A stretch of 64,000 nt of DNA from Octopus sinensis. Its lineage: Eukaryota. Below the pieces are notes generated by a model. The model was given only the letters and a program-made list of their open reading frames with translations, had not been told where the DNA came from and did no database searches. Position numbers and translations under genes: made by a program. Of this stretch, positions 54,506 to 64,000 are shown one piece after another. The number at the start of each line of letters is the position of its first letter. Position 1 is the first letter of the stretch. Where the stretch lies: NCBI RefSeq assembly GCF_006345805.1, contig NC_043003.1, positions 9,238,001 to 9,302,000 on the forward strand. The letters are read 5' to 3'.

Positions 54506-55489
54506 CTTGGGTTTATATATAGTTTGGTAATACTTCACTAAGACTTTTGTTTTCATACATATTTGACTGCCTCTCCCTTTAAAAGATGAAATAATACAAA
54601 AAGAAGTAAAATGCGTCTAAAATGCCATTCCGTGCTTTAGTAACATTATTTCTTAGGATGTCAAACTTTTTGTTTCGATTTCTTATGCGATTGCTAAAAT
54701 AATACTTCCAAATAAATGCAAATTAACGGCAGCCTTCTCTTTTAGAATTGCTCTCTAGTTTTTGCTAGCAATCCTGGAATGAATACAAATACGAAAAATT
54801 TTCTTATTCTTTTTCCATTTTAGTGATGAATCTTCATGCTTGTTTGTAGAATACTTAAGTTAGTTTTCACAATCCAAACTGTATACCGTTTCCTAATATA
54901 ATCAGAATATGCAGCATGTCTATATAATATTTATGTATGAAAATATGTGCATTCAAATGTGTATTTAATTATTTACTCTGTCTTTTTTCCAGAAACATCT
55001 ATTTTTCAGCTAACAGTATCCGCCCCCAAGATACAAAATCGCCATCAATAAGCTTGATCTTCAGTAGCTTTATCGCTAATGTTTATTGGTGACAAGGAAC
55101 AGCGATCAAAACAACAAACAACATTGTAATAATTCCATCTTCATTATTTATTCTAATCTTTAAAAAGGTGCTTTGATTATAAAAGCATTATAAAAGCGGA
55201 AGTTTAGTGTTACCTGTCTTATGTATCACATGTGATACACAGGAGATATTTCCTTGGCGTCAGCGCATCATATAGGATGCACATTGCCAAATGTTTTCAA
55301 CCACCAGTGTAACTCGGGACATATGAAAAGAAATTACTTAGATCATAATAAACACTGGCTAACTAAAAGTCAGAAGCCAGGCATGGGCGTTTCGGACAAA
55401 CTTATGAAAATACTTTGGATAGGTAAAGGGTTAATTGCAAATATTAAATGAGGTCATCATAAATAAGGATATTACAAGGCTATACAAGC

Positions 55490-55905
55490 ATTAATATTGG
55501 TTCAAATTTCGGCGCATGGCCAGCGGTTTTGGGGAATGGGCTAAGTTGATTATATCGATCCCAGTGTTCAAATGGTACTTATTTAATCGATTCCGATGGT
55601 GAAAAGCAAAGTGGACTCAGATGGACTTTGAACTGAGAACGTAAAGACGGACTGAATGCCGCCAAGCATTTTGTCCGGCGTGCTAACGATTCTGTTAATT
55701 CGCTGTCTTATGTACAAGCATGAATATTAATACTGATTTCAAATTTTGGCACAAGGCTAGCAACTAGTACTTATTTTATCGACCCCGAAAAGATGAAAGG
55801 CAAAGCTGCCCTCGGCAACATTTGAACTCAGAAAGTGGAGACGGACGAAATGCCGCTAAGCGTTATACCCAGTGTTCTAACGACCCTGCCAGCTCGCCGC
55901 CTTAT
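55490..55905 (-). mobile_element. Two adjacent older SINE family A copies
   Basis: Family body and head sequences at ~55490-55710 and ~55730-55905. Confidence 0.7.
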
Positions 55906-56804
55906 CATTAATATTAACATTTTAACTACATTGATATCCTTAACATAGCAAAATTCACCAAAATTATTATAAATGTTGTTATAGGAATATCCTTCTACAG
56001 GAATGTCCAACTTAAAAGATTGCAGCATCTCAACATCTAACTCTTATTCTAACTCACGTTCTCACATAATCATGCGATCTTGATCTCCTTCGGAGCATCA
56101 TGTGGGTGAATCAGTTTGTCTGTGATTGTAATTTTGCTCCTATGTGTTTTTCCTGTGTGTTTTTGGAAATTGTGTGCTCGCACGTATATACAATTTATAT
56201 GTGTACATAACTGAATACTTTTCTCTGTTATTTGCAGCAAAATCCATATGCATATATGGTAATTCTATGAGATTCGATATCTTCACAACGTTTAATAGCA
56301 GGAATGTCAACAGTGGGCAGGTGATATTTGCATTGAAGGTTTAAGGTTGATCTTGATATTTTCTTATCAACAAACGTTGATTGTAAAGGGGTAGCTATAT
56401 CCCTTTTGTCTCAACTGAAAACCGTTATCGTTCGCTTGCAGGTAGGAGTAAGTTCAGTATTACCAGAACGATGGCCTTCCCTTTTGTTGGTAACCTCCTT
56501 CTTACTATTACTACTATCATCACTACTAGTATCCTTCCCACACCAACATCATAAACAGAACAACAGACGATACTAATCCCCAACAAACTATCACCCGAAT
56601 CTTGTACTCTCTAAACTGTTAATTACACCAGAAGATAATGTTATACCGCCTTCATTTTCCTCAACATCACCAGTGATCATCGACATAGATGAAAGGACCA
56701 GAAAGTTACGAAATACCTTCTGTAATTAAAATCAGCAGTGAATATTAAATATAAGGAAAATTGCTGTTACTGATTCTTAGTATCCTTTCTACTATAGGCA
56801 AAAG

Positions 56805-57169
56805 ACTGGAGGCGCAATGGCCCAGTGGTTAGGGCAGCGGACTCGCGGTCATAGGATCGCGGTTTCGATTCCCAGACCGGGCGTTGTGAGTGTTTATTGA
56901 GCGAAAACACCTAAAGTTCCACGAGGCTCCGGCAGGGATGGTGGTGAACCCTGCTGTACTCTTTCACCACAACTTTCTCTCACTCTTACTTCCTGTTTCA
57001 AGGGGCCGGCCTTGTCACTATCTGTGTCACGCTGAATATCTCCGTGTTAAGGGTACACGTGTCTGTGGAGTGCTCAGCCACTTGCATGTTAATTTCACGA
57101 GCAGGCTGTTCCGTTGATTCGGATCAACCGGAACCCTCATCGTCGTAACCGACGGAGTGCTTCCAGTCC
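56805..57169 (+). mobile_element. tRNA-derived SINE family B with 11-bp TSD
   Basis: ATAGGCAAAAG at 56794-56804 and 57170-57180; inserted into the tail of a family A SINE. Confidence 0.88.
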
Positions 57170-57440
57170 ATAGGCAAAAGGTCTGAAAGGTTTGAAGGAT
57201 GGGGATAGTCGATTACTAGTACCTATTTTATCGACCTCGAAGGGACGAAATGTAAAGTCGACCTTGGCGGAATTCGAACTCGGAATGTAAAGACGGATGA
57301 AGTGTCGTTAAGCATACTACCAGCTCGCTGTTTTACCGATTCATAGTATCAGCTGCGCTTTCATACCCTCTTGCTACTTATTTTATCGACTTTAGCAGGA
57401 TAAAACGTCGGTGGACCTAAATGCACAAAGCCTAAACTTA

Positions 57441-58050
57441 CGAGGGGATGCTGAAAAGTTCCTGGCTTAAAGGGTGCTGCGAAAGGCCTCGTTGGTGGCC
57501 CCAACCTTCCAAGTTCTTTTATAGGGCTTACAAAAACTGATGGACTGCTACAATAACTGTGAATCTGAGAGGGGAATATCTTTATATATAAAAGTGAAGT
57601 TGTGTGTCTGTCTCCTACGATTTAGATTCCTAACTACTCCCACATTTTGCAGTGCTGTGTAACCAAAAGCAAGTATCTTATAGTCGTGATTCATATCGAG
57701 CCTTCTGGGTATTAGCGCGCGTCTACGATGAGTCAACGATTTTAAAAATAATTTACCATCATTTTTTCCCTTTTAATGCATTTTTTCGCTATTATATAAG
57801 GGAAGTAACTCTCTAAAAATGTCTACGATGAGTCAACGATTTAAAAAAATTTACCATAATTTTTTTCCATTTTTAATGCATTTTTTTTTGCTATTTTTTG
57901 CTATAACTCTCTAAAAATGCTTATATAGTTATTTCCCTTACAAACCCGAGCAACGCCGGGCGATACTGCTAGTGATGAATAAAATCATAATTAACTGATC
58001 CTCTAGTGTTTCCTTTCACATTAAGGCAGGAACTTTTCATCACCCCCTCG
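57441..58050. mobile_element. mariner-type MITE hosting a Helitron
   Basis: TA-CGAGGGGATGCTGAAAAGTTCCTGGCT ... AGGCAGGAACTTTTCATCACCCCCTCG-TA. Confidence 0.8.
57579..57972 (+). mobile_element. Non-autonomous Helitron
   Basis: A|TC 5' end, GC hairpin CCCGAGCAACGCCGGG (57945-57960), CTAG|T 3' end, and an internal ~100-bp direct repeat starting GTCTACGATGAGTCAACGAT. Confidence 0.85.
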
Positions 58051-58360
58051 TAATATTACGTATGGTACTCTAAGTTTTTTTCATTCAACCACCACGTCAC
58101 TTTCAACATTCCCATTCATCCTTCTTACTTCCGTTCTGTCACGCGCAGTATTCACCCATATGTTCTTGTTCAATATATTTCATTTTCGCTTACTCTTTCC
58201 TTACCATTATAATCCCATCCTTCAAAACCTTTTAAGCATTCTTTTTAACTCACTCCATCATGAAGACCCAGTGAATCAATCTTTACATCTCTCGTACACA
58301 TACCTTATTCATCATGTCTGCTTACGCACACCAAAGACGTTAAAAAACAAATGCATACAT

Positions 58361-58517
58361 AGGCGCAGGAGTAGCTTGCTAACCAACCACATGGTTCCGG
58401 GTTCAGTCCCACTGCGTGGCACCTTGGGCAGGTGTCTTCTACTATAGCCTCGGGCCGACCAAAGCCTTGTGAGTGGATTTGGTAGACGGAAACTGAAAGA
58501 AGCCCGTCGTATATATG

Positions 58518-58552
<35 letters not shown>

Positions 58553-58793
58553 TTGTCTGTCTGTGTTGTTTGTCTGTCTGTGTTTGTCTGTCTGTGTTTG
58601 TCCCCCTAGTATTGCTTGACAACCGATGCTGGTGTGTTTATGTCCCCGTCACTTAGCGGTTCGGCAACAAGAAACCGATAAAATAAGTACTGGGCTTACA
58701 AAGAATAAGTCCCGGGATCGAGTTGCTCGATTAAAGGCTGTGCTTCAGCATGGCCGCAGACAAATGACTGAAACAAGCAAAAGAGTAAAAGAG
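58361..58793 (+). mobile_element. SINE family C
   Basis: Same family blocks and tail. Confidence 0.88.
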
Positions 58794-59523
58794 TATACCC
58801 AGTTATCTATTAAGTATTTGAAACATACTCTTCAATATTTCTCTAATTCGTATTATTTTCCAACCCTGTTTCTAACTGTCTCTCATTCGTTAATTCTCTT
58901 TTCAAGTAAGACTACATATACACGCACATTGATACGCACAAACACACAAATATACGCACACACACGCAGGCACGCGGAAATAGTAACCAGCTGATGTAAG
59001 AGGAGTAGAAATTATAAATAGAATATCATAAACTGCGTGGCTAACTTACTTATATACAAGGAATTTCCTACTTTCATTGTTACTTTATTTCCCCCATTTA
59101 CTTCAATATACATTTACAAACAGTAAACGACAAAACGAGTGAACAATAGTTAACTTGTGGTACAACTAGAAAACAGATCATATAAAGGAAAAAAAAAAAA
59201 AAAACACGAAGATTGTTTAAATTAGCGTCTGTATAATATAATCAAAGATATTAGCAAACTTATATGCTCACTTGAATACAAATGCTCTTGTCAACACACA
59301 AGACAGCTATTATGCCCCCCCCCCGCCTCACAAAAAACCCCACCACATGGACTCTGTTGAGACCAGTAAGAAACAATTATGAACTTTTTATTACATTCAA
59401 CTTTTTAAAATATTTTTGATAAGGTTCGTTTTTTCAAGAAGAACCGAAACAAGTGAAATTTCTAAGAAAATTAAAATGTATCTTATATAGTGGCGTTTTC
59501 AAACTTCTTTTATATATATATAG

Positions 59524-59568
<45 letters not shown>

Positions 59569-59837
59569 AAAGATGTCAATTTTCCCTTTCATAATAGAAT
59601 TAAGAACATCAAAACAGCACTTTGAAGCGTTAGCATGCGACTTGATCTGAGACTATGTAATAAAACTGAAGGAATTATATCACGGAAGAGACATTTTAGC
59701 CATTTATGAGCATGCACAAACTGATATATTGACATTTGTTTACTTCTTGAAATGTCAAAATTTTCGTCACACTTCTGTGACTTATGCGTTGAAAATGTTT
59801 GACAGCAAGTGACATTTCCACTGAGTCATTTCCCCAG

Positions 59838-59959
<122 letters not shown>

Positions 59960-60610
59960 GAGTGCAATTATTGTAAATGAATAACATATGTCAAGATAAT
60001 TCTAGAGCGCATAAAAATATTTAGCATGTATACAATACATCATGGATACATTGATTTAAAGCACATGCACACAGATATACACACGTACACATATATGTAC
60101 ACATACACATAAATGCATATATATATATATACATTTATATATACATACATAAATGCATATAGATATGTATCTACATACACACACATATGTGTGCGTGCTC
60201 GCGTCTATGACCACACGTTATTAATTTACAGGTTTCAGATAATTTGGACTTTGGCCATGGAAGGGCACCATGTTTAATGAGTTTTAGTCGATCATATCGA
60301 CCTAAAACTTATTACAGTCTATTAATTTATCAATCTCAATTTGTCAACTTTTCACGGGGCATTAGCAACAATACTGGTTTTGTTGTCACGGCTGTAAACA
60401 GAACCGCTTACAAGTTTAGTATTTGTACATACATATATATATAAATGATCATATCGATCATATCAACCTCAGTGCCTTTTCATTTTTATGTTTTGCTTAT
60501 CCAGCTGTATTTGTCAAACACTACAGGGCTTAAGCCACAATACTGGCGGTGATGTGACCGGTGTAAACCTAATCACTCACTACTCAATAACACATAAATA
60601 TTCATGTCAC

Positions 60611-60687
<77 letters not shown>

Positions 60688-61976
60688 GTCGTCGTACACA
60701 ATATGTATGTATATCTGTTGATTGATACAGGTATAGGGGACTTACATTCTAGACATTAAGTTTCTGCATCAACAATTCAACAAACGTTGACGTTTTCAGC
60801 TTTGTGCGCACGGACTTGCACAGCTGAAGACGTACAACGATCGTTGAATTGTTGACTCAGAAATTTAAAGACTTGAATGTAAATTTGCATGCTTGTATCA
60901 ATCAATAAATATAGTCTTCTATTTCCTTTCCAACGATATTGAGGTTTACCTCTTTTGTCATCACACACACACATATATATATATATATATGAATGTACAC
61001 ACACACACGCGTGCGCACACATACGCACGCACGCACACACACACGCACATACACGCACACACACACACATCAGTATCTTCAGCAGTCTGGAAAACGTAGC
61101 GAACTGAGTTGGCCAAGGGATTCTATTTTCGTGTCAGCAAAAACCTTCCTAATCTTGGATTGTCAGGGTGTTTTTTCTTTTACCCTAGAGCCACTTTTTT
61201 TTTGCAATGAAATGTCTTTTTTTGCAATGAATTGTCTTTTTTTGCGATGAATAGACTCGCCATTCGAACCTCCAGCCTTCTTCATGATATGACATTTTGT
61301 GTGGCAACATCATTATGCGGATTTCCACTAAGCCAACCAACTAATGGATCAAATAGTTGCCAAGTTTATTATAATTAAATGTGCTTCAAATTCCTAGTTA
61401 TTGTCGCTGTATATGCTGGTCCGAAGAAGCACAGTCTCGATGTCAGAAAGAGTGTTAATCTCTCTCTTAGCTCTTAGATCCTCCAGTGCTGACTGCACAC
61501 CATGCAGTGGGCCTTCTTCAACCATCTCGATTGCTCACTTTCCTCCTGACTCCACTCGAGCCACCCACGAATTTCTATCATATCGTCTTTATTGTTATTC
61601 CCCTCGGTCTTTTTCCATAACGTATCTATCCTTCAGAAAGCGAAGCTAATGGCTGATAAACCATACTCTATGGGGTGCAAAATCAAGTAGACTGATTTAA
61701 TAAAATGCAAATTCAATAGGCACAATAAACATTTCTTGGGAAAATTTGGGATGGCGTGGGAGAATTGGTTGAGAGAAATTTGATTTAAAACCTTTTGTAA
61801 AAATAATGGCTACATCCGGATTCATACATTAACTAGGAAATAGACTCATTTATCTTGTCCTTGCCCACACAGTAGTCACACCAAATTTCTATTTGTAGTA
61901 TAATCAGTTATCATTTGCTTTTTCTCATCCTAAACAAATACTAACATATCTTAAATATTAACATGTTTCTTTTAGG

Positions 61977-62027
<51 letters not shown>

Positions 62028-62029
<2 letters not shown>

Positions 62030-63080
62030 GTTCTACATGAAGAGGGTTAAAGGTGGACGTGGGCTGATTAGCGTATGGGAGTGCATCAAGAGTGAAAGGA
62101 GAAACAAGGCAGAATATTTGGTAAACAGCAAACAAGACCTGCTGCAGTATGCTGCTGATGCAGAAGGATTTAACAAAAATGGATTTGAGAGTGCTCATGA
62201 ATTCCGATCAAGACAGCCAACGAGAGAGAAGAAACCCTACTCCGCGTGGAATTACATGGTCAGTTCCACCGTGAAACCAACAGGAAGCCTCATGGAGGTG
62301 GCTTAACAAAGATGGCCTAAAAAAGAATACTGGAAGCCTAATCATCGCTGCCCAGGACCAGGCATTGAATACCAACTCAGTGTAAAACAATATGTATCAC
62401 ATAAGTGCAACGGACCTCTGCAGAATGTGTGGGAAGGTGTCGAAAGCGTGACTCTCATTGTTTGCGCTTGTTAAAGTCTTGCACAGAAAGAGAACAAGCG
62501 TAGACACGATAAGGTAGGCTAAACCACCACTGGCTACAATACTGTAAATATGGACATGAGGTTACGGGTACTTGGTGCCAACATACACCGGAAAAGGTGA
62601 TGGAAAAGGGAAGGCAAAAATCCTTTGGGACTTTGACTTCCAGACAGACAAGGTATTAGAGCACCGAAGACTGGATACAGTAACCGTTAGAAGGGACAAA
62701 CAAGAGTGACTAATAATCGACGTGGCAGTGCTAGGAGATCAACATATCATCATGAAAGAAAGAGAAAAGGTTAATAAACATGGAGACCTGAGAATCGAAA
62801 TCGCTAAAATGTGGTAGCTACGAGAGTCAAACATAAAGGTTATCCCTATTGTTATCGGAGCATTGGGTTCAATACCACCCAATATGAAAAAAACATCTGA
62901 AAACTTTAGTAATACTCTACAATCTAGGTGTATTGCAAAAATCGGCATTACTTGGAATTGCACGCACATTGCGTAAAGTACTGTCTGCTGGAGTTCCTTG
63001 TTGTGAATTGACAAACAGTACAAATCCCGGCAGACACAATATCTTCAATCAACAACCTCACAATACTGTGCAACGTCTAT
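62028..63080 (+). mobile_element. Degraded R4/Dong-clade-like LINE 3' portion
   Basis: Frameshifted KGGRGLISV..LHGQFH..SLIIAAQDQAL..CRMCGK.VESVTLIVCAC (Zn knuckle)..KILWDFDFQTD..IIDVAV..IPIVIGALG..QKSALLG. (TAA)n at 61978-62027 and after 63081. Confidence 0.85.
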
Positions 63081-63580
63081 GATAATAATAATAATAAAAA
63101 TAATAGTTGTTGGATAAAATGGTAAAAGATCCTGAAATAAATTTACGCCAACAATTAATTTGTGCACCTTCTGATAAAAACATATGCTATCTTAGGTAGT
63201 AGGCTTTGGTATCACATGACATCATTTCAAATGCAAAACACCAAATATCGGTACTTTTCCTGTTTTTACTTCTGCCCTGACCAATACCATCAAGTACAAT
63301 GAAATTTTGTATGGCTGCTGACTAACTTGCGCCAACGGTTGAAGCCAGAAAATACTAAACAATTTCATTTGCATTGCTTATTTCAATATTTCTTTGTTGA
63401 CAAATTTTGTCAGTTTTCACGTACCGTATGTAAACTCTCGGTATGTTACAAGCTTATTTTGTTAAACGGTTCTAACATCTTTCTTTTTCTATTTTCATTA
63501 AGCTCATATAAAGAGTTTCAGATAGTATGTTACAAATGCTTCATTGAAGGTTCCCTGGTATCAGAATTTATCTTTATCAT

Positions 63581-63967
63581 TTATCTTTTACTTGTTTCAT
63601 TCATTTGACTGCGGCCATGCTGGGACACCGTCTTGAATGGTTTTAGTCGAATGTATCGATCCCAGTACTTATTTATTTTGAAGCCTGGTACTTACTCTAT
63701 TGGTCTCTTTTGTCGAATGGCTAATTTTCAGGAACGCAAATACACCAACACCAGTTATCAAGCAGTAGGGGGGAGGGGAAAACACAGACACATAGACACA
63801 GACACACACACTCACACACACATGCTCGACTACTAACTCTACTCACAATGTTTTGGTCGGTTTTAGGCTATAGTAGAAAACACTTGCCTTAGATGCCACG
63901 CAGTGGGATTGAACTTGAAACTATGTGACTCGGAAGCAAGTTTCTCACCATACAACCATGCCTGCGT
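63581..63967 (-). mobile_element. Older SINE family C
   Basis: Diverged family blocks. Confidence 0.7.
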
Positions 63968-64000
63968 CCAAAAAGGATTTTTTCTGTCATCAGCAAAGCT

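Noticed and set aside
56420-56770. Short protein-like frames with AG/GT-like edges
   Set aside because: All frames are closed by nearby stops, with no consistent exon.

Overview
Eukaryotic, AT-rich, microsatellite-saturated window. The tRNA-headed SINE families and repeat landscape suggest a coleoid cephalopod (octopus) genome; this is an inference, no search was run. I found no convincing host exon, rRNA, true tRNA or CRISPR array, so the window looks intronic or intergenic. Nearly all short ORFs in the track are microsatellite read-throughs. The main element is a ~3.3 kb 5'-truncated Penelope-like element (PLE, ~45677-48983) between (TA)n runs. It has ~830-bp terminal inverted arms, each carrying an intact minimal hammerhead ribozyme (HHR), and an uninterrupted 556-aa minus-strand ORF encoding RT thumb plus GIY-YIG endonuclease but no RT catalytic core. 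Three other (TA)n-adjacent fragments carry variant HHR-like cores (CCGANGA-A). Also present: two R4/Dong-like LINE 3' ends inside (TAA)n, two RTE relics, maT, mariner and Tigger transposase relics, piggyBac-, hAT-, pogo- and mariner-type MITEs, a non-autonomous Helitron nested in a MITE, and many SINEs. Structural oddities include three near-perfect local inverted duplications, an apparently identical 945-bp tandem duplication, a SINE-derived minisatellite, and a GCAGACGACAG motif recurring five times in otherwise unique sequence at 16.3-23.3 kb.
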